Assembly: GCA_032718475.1 (NCBI GenBank)
Contig: JAUCBJ010008709.1
Coordinates: 46,234-110,233, forward strand
DNA length: 64,000 bases
Reading direction: 5' to 3'
From: Nemertoderma westbladi
Lineage: Eukaryota; Animalia; Xenacoelomorpha
The notes below the pieces were generated by a model. It saw only the letters and a program-made list of their open reading frames with translations. It did not search any database and had not been told where the DNA came from. Every line of letters starts with the position of its first letter. Positions within the stretch are counted from its first letter, which is position 1. Position numbers and translations under genes: made by a program. This document shows positions 49,801-61,500 of this stretch, piece by piece.

Positions 49801-52800
49801 TGACCACTGTGTTGCAATATCGTCTGGGATAACTTTATCCCAACCGATATTTAATTTCCACAATTGTTGAATTAATATACGCATACCAATAGTCACGGGT
49901 AATAGTAAACCTAACGGGTCAAATAATTTACCAGCTCAACTAACAATACCTCGCTTAGTAAAATAAGCATCGGGTGTTTTAATTTCGCGGGATGGATAAC
50001 CCAATTTATCGTTTTCGATAAACCATTTCATGCCTAAAATAGCCGGTTCATTAGTAACTACTTTAGGTCCATCGTTATTAGATTGTATAAGTTCATTTAA
50101 CTTTGGAGAGTTAGTTATCCATTCCCTTAAAGGGAATCCACCCTGTTGTAATAATTTGCTACTTTGTAAATAATAATCAATTAAATCGTTCTCGTTATCT
50201 GACATACCATGTAAGTTATCAACATATAAATTACGAATAATTATGTCAGCTATCGGCGAGTCACTTAGTTTCAAATGGTGTCTAACAGTAGCATTTAATA
50301 AAAATTGACTACAAGTAGCACCGAATAAAACTACTCTAAACCGATATGTAAGTATTGGACTACTTGGATCAAAGGGATCCTTAGGCCATAAAAATCTTGT
50401 TACATCTCGATCACATGGATCGAGACCTATTTGTAAAAACGCTTTCTCAATATCACTGATAGAACAATATTTGTTCATTCGAAAGCGTAATAAAGCATCA
50501 CATAGCATTTGGTTTAGACTAGGACCGGTATGTAAACAATCATTTAAACTTGGAGATTTCGAATTTGCCTTCGAACTACAATTGAAAACTATTCTCAATG
50601 GAGTAGTTGATGAAGTCGGTTTGATAACACCGTGATGAGGCAAATAATGAAATTTAACATTATTATTATCACCTAGCACATTATCGGTAAACCTACGAAA
50701 ATCGACAAATTCCGCGGGCTCAATAAATTTTCGGTTTAATTGTTCCCTAATAATATTATCATAACAAGATAATAAATCGCGTGATTTACGTAATTTAGAT
50801 AATATACTTTGCAAACATTTTGCAGCTAATGAATAATTAATTGGTAAGATTGGGTGATTTGACTTCCACGGTAAACTTGCCGTGTATTTATATCCGTCGA
50901 ACTGGATACTATTTTCGAATTCGATTAATGTGGAATCGTTAGAAACGTCCTTGGGTGCGTCGTAACGAATTCCGATTGAATCCAGACTCCATAACCTCTC
51001 CATACTCGCTGAGAGATCGTCTTCATCTTCGTAAAAAGGTCTCGATGTCCCAATATTAAGAGCTGTAACAACTGATGTAATGCACTCTTTATCCTCGGAT
51101 TGGGTTGAGTCAATTTGGCCCAATATTACATCCCCTAAATTAGATCGAAGTAAAGACACACCCTCTTCTATGGAAGGAATTTTTATGAAATTAAAACATT
51201 GGTCAACTCCTAAAACTAATCCAAGATCGGGTACGTTATCACCGCGAATCGGATCAGCTAAGTTAACGCCGCGAAGTATTAAGCGGTCGACGAGATCCGA
51301 TCGTCCCGGCGTCGCTAAACGCATTGGTAGCGAGTCTACCACTGCTGCAGAAACTTCGATCAATCCGTCTGATGTAACCACTGAAAATTTAGTAATATCA
51401 TAAGGATCCATTTCGCCACAATGTGTAAAACTATCGATAGCTAAGTATGTGCGAGATATTATGGTTAAACCCAATAACTCGACGATACTCCGTAATATAA
51501 AAGTTCGTTGCGATCCTGGATCTAATAACGTCCGAACGTTATAGGTTCGAGATCCATGATTATAGTATTCAATAGGCATTATGGCCGTTGGTAATAGTGA
51601 GGAATGTTCAGTGCAAACTGAACTAGAAACAGATGGATTCGATTTTTTCTTTGGTAACCGATCTGATGACGAACTACTGGAATAATGTGCGTGTAAAACC
51701 GAGTGGTGCAATCCTCCGCAAACGTAACACCGACTAGGTCTTGGGCATTCGTTCGTAGAATGGCCAGACCGTAAACAGTTTGCGCATAGATTCAATTCAT
51801 CAGTGCGAGACTTCCGTTCATCACTAGTTTTATAACGATCGCAATAACGGACACTGTGATCGCTATTGCAGAAATAACAACGGATTTTGTATCTCGGTTT
51901 TGGTTTTGTAGAATTCATTACACTCGAACCAAATGAACCGACCGAGCCGCCCTGTGGAGACGATTCCGAATGACTACCGAAGTCATTGTGTTTCTTTGAA
52001 GTATTATTTGGTTTACTTTTATTGAAGCTGGAAAGGTCCGTATCAAAGGCTGATAATTGTTCAATTTCCTCTTGAAGCGCTTTCCGAAGGTCTTCAATAT
52101 TCCAATAAGTTGTTCGTGCAGCGCGATTTATATTGTCGCGAATCTTGGTAGGGAGTTTTCGGAGGAGGATTTCAGCGAACACGTATCCGGCTTCTTCCAC
52201 GTTTCCTCCTAAATTTCGAATTCCTCTTAGTTGGGCTTCATATGTCGCTCGGAAAGTGGCTAAATCACGAGCCGTAGGCTTCGGCTCATCGATGTCGAGA
52301 ATTATATGTAAACGAGCCCGGAGGATTAATTGAGGTTTACCAAAGGTATCTCGGAGTAACTCAATGGCTTCCTCGTAATCTTCGTTGGTTCGCTGGAAGT
52401 TTGCTACGAGTTTGGCAGCGTTTCCCGAAAGTTGCCCTTCTAAATACGAGAACTTCGTAGCCCCAGCGATCTCTGTTCGTGAGTGAACAGCGTCATTGAA
52501 ACGATCCCAAAAATTTGGCCAATCGACTGGATTCCCTGAGAATGACGGCAGCTTCAACACGGGAAGTTTCTGCGGTTTCATCCCGATACCGATATGGGAT
52601 TCCACGTTTGGTGGGTGAACGTTACTACCCGGTAGCGACTCGGCGCGACCCTTCTCGTCTACAAACTGTTCGGCTCGTCGAATAGCCGAATAGATACGCA
52701 AATCTTCTTTGGAAGACGTATCAATCTCGGTAATTATACCGTCCTCGTCATTGGGATCCAATACCTGTTGAATTCTTTCGCTCAAATCCGCCAACCTCGT

Positions 52801-53462
52801 CCTTTGTCTCGCCGTTCCAGCAATGACGTCACGTATAGAGTCAATGTCTGGATCAGCTACCAACTCTCCTGACGTTCCGAACATCAGTCCATTTAGTTGG
52901 TCGAGTAAACGAGTAACTACGGATCGATGACCACGACGTTGATTTTTTAGAAATATTAAATCTTCCATAGCTGGTTAATAGTAGAATACAGTTAGGCCTA
53001 ATGTGTGTCAGAAAGTTCCGGCTGTCCGGTGATCCCGGGTCACCGCACCATTTTGTCCCGAAATAACACAGGGTAGTTGCGATTTCCAGACTTAAAATAA
53101 ACGCGATGGTTTGTTGTTACCGCGTATGTGTTTGATAGCATTTGGGAGAGCGATTTATATAATAAGGGGTTAAGTAAAAATACTTCCTGATTCACTTATT
53201 CAATTAAGGGTATAGTATACATACATGTTGTTTAGACCTATTTACTGACACCATGACAGACATACACAGCATAAATCAACGTAGTCATAAGCAAGTTAAA
53301 AGAATAATAATAAAAACATAAACCGGTACCCACTTCATATCAGAATGACTGTAATCGGATAATTACTTACGTCATACTAAAAATAACTTAAAAGAAGAGC
53401 GAGATTCAAAAACAAACGCTTTCTTATATAACAAAATACATAATGAAATAATATTTTGTACA
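46828..53462 (-). mobile_element. Full-length BEL/Pao retrotransposon (second family)
   Basis: 409-bp LTRs at 46828-47236 and 53054-53462 (3 mismatches seen), TSD CAGAA, tRNA-His-type PBS TGGTGCGGTGACC, PPT GGCTGGCGGGAA. Confidence 0.97.
47455..52968 (-). pseudogene. pol: BEL/Pao gag-pol polyprotein with one in-frame TGA at 49936-49938
   Basis: LPSFSGN..W..FW gag, three Cys-His boxes, LLDPGSQ protease, LYVDN RT, FCDAS RNase H, GLDYTG / LSDN / WERL integrase; the two ORFs are in the same frame. Confidence 0.95.
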
Positions 53463-53705
53463 CAGAAGACTGGTATCATAAACTGTTCGATATTAAAACG
53501 TTTAAACTATTATTGTTGCACAGATGACTGGTATCATAAACTGTTCGATATTAAAACGTTTAAACTATTATTGTTGCACAGATGACTGGTATCATAAACT
53601 GTTCGATATTGAAACGTTTAAACTATTATTGTTGCACAGATGACTGGTATCATAAACTGTTCGATATTAAAACGTTTAAACTATTATTGTTGCACAGATG
53701 ACTGG

Positions 53706-54206
53706 TGGGGCGAGCCACGAAGTTGGCGGAGCCTTAGCGAATTGACACTGTTAGGGGGTGGGTCAATTTATGCAAATAGTTGTCGTCGTCGTCGTCGTCG
53801 TCGTTGTCGTCGTCGTTGTCGTCGTCGTTACGATTTTGACATGCTAATAACTTTGTCGGATTTAAAGCTGCCAAGTTGAAAATTTGTAGGTATCAATATG
53901 AGCAAAAGTTGAGATTTTTGAGAGACTTTCAGACACCATCAGTGCAATGGTCTCCCGCTAGAGGGCCACATGTCTAAACATTAAATGCCCTCCCATTTCT
54001 TTGCTTTTAATCCGTTTAAGCTGAAACTTGGCAGATATGTATTAGACCATTAGCTGTGACTTTCAAAGGAGGCGAATCCATCTGCAGTTCTCCAGTCTGC
54101 CGCTAGAGGGCCAACGTGACTATTTGCATAAATTGACCTACCCCCTAACAGTGTCAATTCGCTAAGGCTCTGCCAACTTCGTGCTGCGCGAAGTCCCCAC
54201 TTCGTG
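53706..54206. mobile_element. ~500-bp non-autonomous element, HINE/DINE-1 (Helentron)-like architecture
   Basis: 65-bp subterminal inverted repeats (53716-53780 and 54119-54183), (GTC)n microsatellite, terminal stem-loop CGAAGT-CCCC-ACTTCG, no clear TSD. Confidence 0.65.
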
Positions 54207-54430
54207 TATCATAATCTGTTCGATATTAACACGTTTAAACTAATATTGTTGCACAGATAACTGGTATCATAAACTGTTCGATATTAAAATGTTTACAATT
54301 TACAATTGCTACTAAACGAAGCTAAGCAACGAACCAAAGTGTGGCCGTTTGTTTAATTTTCCTTAGCTTCGTGGTTGCATTTCCTTTAGGAAATGCCTTT
54401 CTCGTATCATATATTAGTTGGTATATGGTC

Positions 54431-56246
54431 ATAGATAGATAGATTTATTTATACATTATGTAAAAACAATAACAAATACACCAAACAATGTACCGGTATA
54501 AAGGTATTGTCCAACATAACATATAGGATTACCCCTAAAGCTTTGCAGCTTATTTCCAAGGGGGTCCTTTATGTTACTTGGTTACAAATACAATATTACA
54601 CTACGCTAACCTAAAACCAATATAAAACGTAATTACACTATGTACATGTACAACTTTACCGAGAGCGTGACAATGCCCGACTCAACGATAAAGATACACA
54701 AGGTACAGAACAATTTATTATAAAACGTAATTACAGTATAAATAGTAAATAATTAATAAACTAATAACTTACTGTAGGACTATTGTACCTATTTTTACAT
54801 TGCACACGGAGGTGAGATTTAACTGCTGATTTAAAAGAATGTTGATTATTTAGGTTTTTAATTTCATTAGGCAGAGCGTTCCAATTTTTTATGCCGTTAA
54901 AAAAGAAAGTATCAGATTCAAAGGATTTACAATTCGGGAGGTAGAAGTTTGAAGCACTGGCTCTGGTACTGTAAGAGTGTGTATCGCGTACTCTGTTGAA
55001 TTTTTGTTTTAGGTAATTGGGACATTTACCATTATACACTTTATGCACATGGTTAAGGCGTAGCTGCTTAACTCTACTATCTAAGTTAAGTAGTCCAGAT
55101 TCAGAAAAGTCATCTGGAGTTAGGTGGTGCCTAGGTTTGTAGTCTTTAATAAATCGTACTACTTTATTCTGAGCTACTTGTAATTTACATTTAAGCTGTT
55201 TGGTTAAGCCTTCATACCATAGCACGCATAGTCCATGTGACACTGTATTAAAGAAGAGCAAAGTAACTTGCGGGAGTCGGTGTTCAAACTATTTTTATTT
55301 CTGTATAGAAACCTAAGCCTACTGTTAACTTTCGAGAAAATATTTTTCACTGTACTTTCTCCTGATAAGCAGTTATCCAATGTGGCGCCTAAATATTTAA
55401 CTTCCTTTTTATTTTCAATCTTATGTCCATTACTAGTGACTTCAAACTTAGTTACCTTCTTTAACTTTCTTTTGGAACCAAACAAAATACTTTCAGTTTT
55501 ACCGTAGTGAATGGATAGCTTATTATCAACCAACCACTCATTACAGGATTCTAGAACTGCACTTAACTTTTGGGAAATATGGATAGGATCTTTATGAGAG
55601 AAAATAAGAGCACTGTCGTCGGCATATAAAATGAGTTTAAAATCGGGATCTATACTACTTATCATATCATTTACATAGCATACAAAAAGCAGAGGACCTA
55701 ATATACTACCTTGCGGTACACCACAGGTAATCTCTTGTACAGTAGACTGCGATTTGCTAATGACTACAGTTTGACCTCTGTCTGACAGGTAGGACTTGAA
55801 CCAGTCTATAGAACCTACACCCATCAGGCCTAACTTACCAAGCAGAATTTCGTGATCTACAGTATCGAAAGCCTTTTGTAGGTCCAACATTACCATACCG
55901 GTATATAAACCCTTTGCGTTATTACATCTAATTGTATCAGTTAAGTTAATAAGACAGGTGTCTGTAGAATATGATTTACGAAAACCGGACTGAAGTTCAT
56001 AGATCAGATTTAGCCTACTAAGATGTGCCTCCAGCTGTAGAAAAACAGAACGTTCTAGAATTTTAGATACAATACTTAAGATACTAACAGGTCTGTAATT
56101 ACAGGGTTCTACTTTGCTATTCTTTTTATACAGAGGAACAACCTTAGCTAATTTCAGTTCGTCTGGTACTACATTATCTACGATAGAGTAATTAATAATA
56201 AAATTAATAGGCACTTTAAGTACTTCAGCACCATCCTTAAGAAATA
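54431..56246 (-). mobile_element. 5'-truncated CR1/L2-group LINE (Crack-like), RT frameshifted near 55220
   Basis: [44 protein letters not shown]; 3' UTR ends AATAAAT(CTAT)n. Confidence 0.92.
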
Positions 56247-58297
56247 GGTCCCTAATACCCCACCACCCACCCCCCTAGCCTCAGTAAACACCCTAACACT
56301 TGGGTCCCCAATGCGACAAGGTGAGCTGACTGCCTTGGCAGATAAGCTTTCTCTTAGCGCAGTGGGTGTTCAAGAGCACCGAATGCAGACTGGACAGACT
56401 GATGAGGTTCTGATTAAGGACATGGGGGGCGGTTGGCGACTCGCCCTCGCGTCAGCAGATGATAGTGGCAATGGTGGAATTGGTCTATTGATGAATCCAA
56501 CTGCACATGCAGCATTGGACAAAATAGACCAAATCTCTAACCGCATCATCCGTTGACACTTCTCATGTTCTGGAAGACTGGCTAAGAAGTTTCCTAAGGT
56601 GGTTCTGATTGTGTGCTACTCTCCAACTAGTGTTGCCCCTGTAGAGGAGGTGGAAAATTTCTACCACAATCTACAAGCAGCTACTGTGATATTGTATTAT
56701 GGGATGGTGTATTATTGGACTGATTAGTATGTATTGTATAGGTTAAGTAGGTATGATATAGTAGTATCTTGTTAGCACCTAGGGTGTGAACAGCTGGTTG
56801 TACGGTAGCTGTCAGGGATATAGTCCTGGGGGCAGGGCGCAGTTAGTAGTTATCATTCAGTTTAGTTATTGAGATGACTTACCGGTGTAGGGTTGTCAGT
56901 CATGTTTTGTAGGTAGTTCGTTATTAGTTTCATTGTCTGATTGTATCACATCATTATTTGTTATTCATGTATCTCAATACACAAAATACTGACATACTGC
57001 AGCTAGTTTCCTAGTTTTACTTCAGTCTTCTCCAGCTCACCCCTCGAGCGGGATAGTGCATGGCCGTGGATCCGGGACCGGGCGCCGATAGCGCTTCCAC
57101 ACTACTGATGGAGTGGATCAGCATGCATTCTTAACATTCCTGGGAGTCTTTAATGCAAGTCTGCATCAATCACCTACATCGCCCTGGGTCTATAGCAATA
57201 GTGTTAACCGAAATTCTATCCATCTTCAGGATTTTATCTCTGGAAATGGATTGTTTTCGGCTGGAACCCAGTTCAAGAAGCGAACTGGAAAGCTATGGAC
57301 TCATAGTGGACCCAGTGGTCACAAGTCCCAGATAGACCATATTCTGTTTCGTAGGAAATACAGGAGCTCTATACAAGACTGTAATGCATTTACACTTCGA
57401 CCCTTCTCCAGTGATCACCGCCTTATTGTGGCCAAGGTAAGACTTAGTCTGCGTGCTAGCAGAACAACGAAATCTGCCTTGCTGCGGCATGACTGGTCCT
57501 CTCTGTTGCAACAGCCAAGTGTGAGATCCAGCTTCACACTACAGCTGAGCAACAGGTATGAGGCTCTTGCCTCTGAGGCGGCAGATCACTGTGAGGGCTA
57601 TACTGCCTTTACAGAAGCAGTTAAGTTAGCAGCTGCAGAAACAGTTCCTGTATACCCTCGAAACAGGAAAAGGGCCCCCTGGACTGACAACAAAATTCAG
57701 AAGTGCCGAAATGACCTTCATAGGGCGCAGAAAGAGTCCCGACTCAAACAGACTACAGCGGCCAAGAATGCAGTTAAGGCTGCATCTAGGTCCCTGAACA
57801 GGCAGTACTCTGCTAATCTTCAGGAGCTAATAAACCAACAGGTTGATGCCATCAATGATGCTGACGACAGCAGGCAATCATCCCAGGCATGGAAATCAAT
57901 CAATCTGCTTACTGGGCGGAAAAGCCAACCAACCACCAAGGTTAAGGCTGAATCACCAGCCGATCGCCTCAATGGTTGGAAAGCCCACTTTGAAAAGCTC
58001 CTCAATAATGACAGGGTATTGCCTGATAACTTTATAGAAGTAAAAGTGTCTGAGTCTGTACTCCCAGATATTCCCATTGGCGATATCTCCTTTGCAGAAG
58101 TGAAGGCTGCTGCAAAGAGCATTAAGACCAATCGTGCCAGTGGAGTAGATGGTGTTCCCCCTGAGGTCTTTAAAATACCTGAGTGTTTAAAGCTCATCTA
58201 TCCCATCATAGTAGACATGTACCGAACAACAAGAGTCCCACAAGAAATGAAAACAAATAAGTTGGTGCCAGTTCCCAAGAAGGGCAACCTAACACTC
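56247..58297 (+). mobile_element. RTE-like LINE fragment (APE endonuclease and linker), same family as 14428-15890
   Basis: VGVQEHR, GIGLL, VCYSPT, QIDHIL, SDHRL; near-identical to 14428-15578; cut by the Gypsy LTR at KKGNLTL. Confidence 0.92.
56685..57101. mobile_element. Solo LTR (417 bp)
   Basis: TGTG...CACA termini, 4-bp TSD CTAC; excision restores the LINE frame (QAAT|DGVDQH). Confidence 0.9.
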
Positions 58298-58542
58298 TCT
58301 TATGTCTCTGTGTCATGAGAAAGTGTCAGTATGTAATAATGAACACAGGACGTATATTCTATCAGCTCGGAAGTCTGAGTGTATGATCTATATATTAACT
58401 GCCCGACCGGTATGGTATGTATGTATATCTATATGTATAATGGACTTAGGTCCTTACACCTTTGTACGGTAATAATAGTCATAAGTATATTCACATCATC
58501 CCCCTTTCCCCCGCGATCTGAGTTCGCTGGAGTCATGATCGG

Positions 58543-61500
58543 TTATGGAACGGGGTACGTAGTAGTACTACCAAAACGTACAATAGGTTGATGTCGGCGT
58601 GTACTGCGACGTGGTTCTGGTAGTGTGTCAGCTATGGTCATCTTTAGCGTTGGTGTTTTGGCTATAGGGTTGGATGGGTTTGCGGTTGGTGGGTTAGTGA
58701 TGTTAGGGTTGCGGTCGGGGTCATGGTAGAGTCTGAGAAAACGGCGGTTTCTCCACCACGTGCGACCTGAGGGTAATTTTACTCGGTAGTCACGTCGTTC
58801 CCCAACAGCTACGACGGTTCCAACGTGATTCCATCGTTTCGTTTTTGGATCTTGGATACGTACAGTAGATCCAATTCGTATTTTTGGGTGGTCATGTGCG
58901 TCATGGTTGTAGAGCTCCTCGGTTTTGTGACGAAGTTCTCCTGTCCTGTGGTCGGCTGCGTCCGACTCATCGCGCCATTGTTGGGCGTAATGGGTGTGGT
59001 GGGCAGGAACGCGTGATCGTAGTAGACGACCGAAGACGATTTTGTTAGGTGAGCGGCCGTCTGCGCGTGGGGTGTTATGGAGTTCTAGTAAACCTTCCTG
59101 GAACTCAGTTGAGCCAGTGTCACAGTGTGGTACTTTTTGGAGTAGGCGTTTTATTATTTTTACCGTTATCTCCGCATGGCCGTTGCTTGATGGGAAGTGT
59201 GGAGTACTGGGACACCACTCCACTCCCCAGCGTTTAAGGAACTGTTTGAAGGAAGCCGCAGAAAATTGTGGGCCGCCATCAGACTTGAATTTTGTTGGGA
59301 CACCCAGGTCGACGAACCATTTTCGGGTGACGAAGGCAACCTGTTGTGATGATGGGTCGTGTCGAAACTCGTGTACGACTGGGTATCCAGACAATCTGTC
59401 TGAGTAAACCAGGAAGTGTTTGCCTCCAATTTGGAATAGATCGGAGGAGACGAACTGAAATGGCCGCGTCGGCATTTTGTCAGCCATCAGTGTCTCTTTG
59501 GGGAGGCTTGGTAATAGTTCCTGACAAGAATGGCATTGCGAAACGGTGCGTTCGATGTCTCGTGTAATGCCAGGCCAGTAGACAGTTTGTCTTGCGCGTT
59601 GTTTGGTTCGTGTCATCCCCTGGTGGGATGCATGCAATCTGTCTAAAGTATCCTGTTGATAGATTTTAGGAATAACTATTCTGTCCCCATATAATACAAT
59701 GTCGTTGTATATCGAAAGGTTATTGCATATGGACTTGAACAGTTTAATGTATGGTGATGCGTTATGTAGACCACTAAAGTCAGTTTTGATCTCCTGGATC
59801 AATTCTTGGTACTTGGTGTCATCTAACGCTGCATCACGCAAATCCTGAATGATTGGGTCGCTTTCCATCACGTTTTCCGTGTTCCCGGAAATGGTTAATG
59901 CATTGATTGTGAAAGTGATGTCATCGGGTTCGTCTGGGTCATCGACTGGTGAGCGGCTAAGGCAGTCCGCTATTCGGTGCTGTTTGCCTTTTTGCCATTC
60001 AACCCGGAACTGGTATTGAGATTGAAGTTCAGCCTTCATCCGTTGGATTTTGGCGTTTTCGATTTGGTTTATGGTGTAATTATTGAACATGGTGAGCAAA
60101 GGCCGGTGGTTGGTTACTACCGTAAATGTTGGTAGGCCCGCAAGGTACAGTCTGCACCTCTTTATACCATAGTAAATAGCTATGCACTCCAACTCAATAG
60201 TAGCATAGCGGCTTTCCGTATCAGTTATAAATCTACTGCCACAGGATATAAGTTTCCATTGGTTGTCTTGGCGTTGCAGTAGATCATATCCAAAACCGTT
60301 GAGACGGCTGGCATCTGTTTCGAGCCGCGTTTCGGCGTTGATATCAAACGTGGCGAGGACTGGGGGTTGAACAAGTGCCTGTTTAACTTTGTTGAAGGCC
60401 TCCTCGTGGTTAGCCGTCCACATAAAAACGTTTTGTGTTCGTAGTAGATCTCGAAGTGGTGTAGCGAAGGTACTGATCTCACTAGAAAAACATCCAAGTT
60501 GATTTACCAGACCCATGAAACTTCGTAAATCAGTTATGTTTTGTGGATTATGAAAGTTGGTGATGGCCTTCACTTTGTTGGGGTCGGCCTCCGTCCCATC
60601 CTTTGAGATGATATAACCCGCGAATTTCACTCGCGTCTGAGCGAAATTAAACTTGGCCGGGTTGAGTGTAATTCCAGCCTGTCGACATCGGTCGAGAATT
60701 GTTCGGACGCGATCGATGTGTTCATCGATGTTGGTGTCTTCAACGAGGATGTCATCCACAATCTTGTGGATTTGGGGTATACCATCGAGGGCCAGATCGC
60801 CGCGGTAGTTGTAACTATCTCCTGCAGAAATAAAACCCATGGGTGCTCTGCAGAAACGGTAATGTCCCCATGGCGTTATAAACGTTGTATAGTCTCGAGA
60901 TTGTTCGTCGAGTTCGACCTGCCAATAACCCGATTTGGCATCCAGGGTCGAGAAAAGGCATGTGCCTGGTGTACGGCCAGATACAACATCGCCTGGTGAA
61001 CGGGCGTTGTGTATGGTGCGCTTTACTTGACTGTTGAGTTTTGTTAAATCAACGGTTATACGAATTTCACCAGGTTGGTTGGGTTTTTGGCAAACCACAA
61101 TTGGGTGGCACCATTCAACAGCACGGTCGCCTGTTCGTTCTATTATGCCTTTTTGAAGCATATCCTCAATTTCTTTTTTAGTTTTCTCCCGAAACGGATG
61201 GGGTATTGGACGGTGCGCGTAGAGGCAGAATGGTTTCGCATCATCCACCAACTCGATCGTCATCGGTGGACCTACCATGGTCCGCAGTTGACCTCTGGTC
61301 CCAAAAACATCAGAGTATTCATCGAGAAGTTTCTGTTTTTCGATCTCGATCGATTGGTTATCATTGGATATGGTGTTGATTGCCGAAGTGGCATGTTGGG
61401 TGTCGACGGGTTCGTGTTGGGTGTCGACAGGTTCATGTTGGGTGTTGACGGGTTCATGTTGGGTACCAACGGGTGCATGTTCAGTGTCAACGGGTGTACA

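Larger units (their letters stand above)
34653..54290. repeat. 58-bp satellite array interrupted by four mobile elements
   Basis: Monomer AAACTGTTCGATATTAAAACGTTTAAACTATTATTGTTGCACAGATGACTGGTATCAT; blocks at about 34653-38138, 41925-44795, 46521-46827, 53463-53705 and 54207-54290. Confidence 0.97.

Noticed and set aside
49930-49940. Programmed readthrough at the in-frame TGA
   Set aside because: It lies inside the conserved segment just before FDPLG rather than at a gag/pol border, so a nonsense mutation is simpler.
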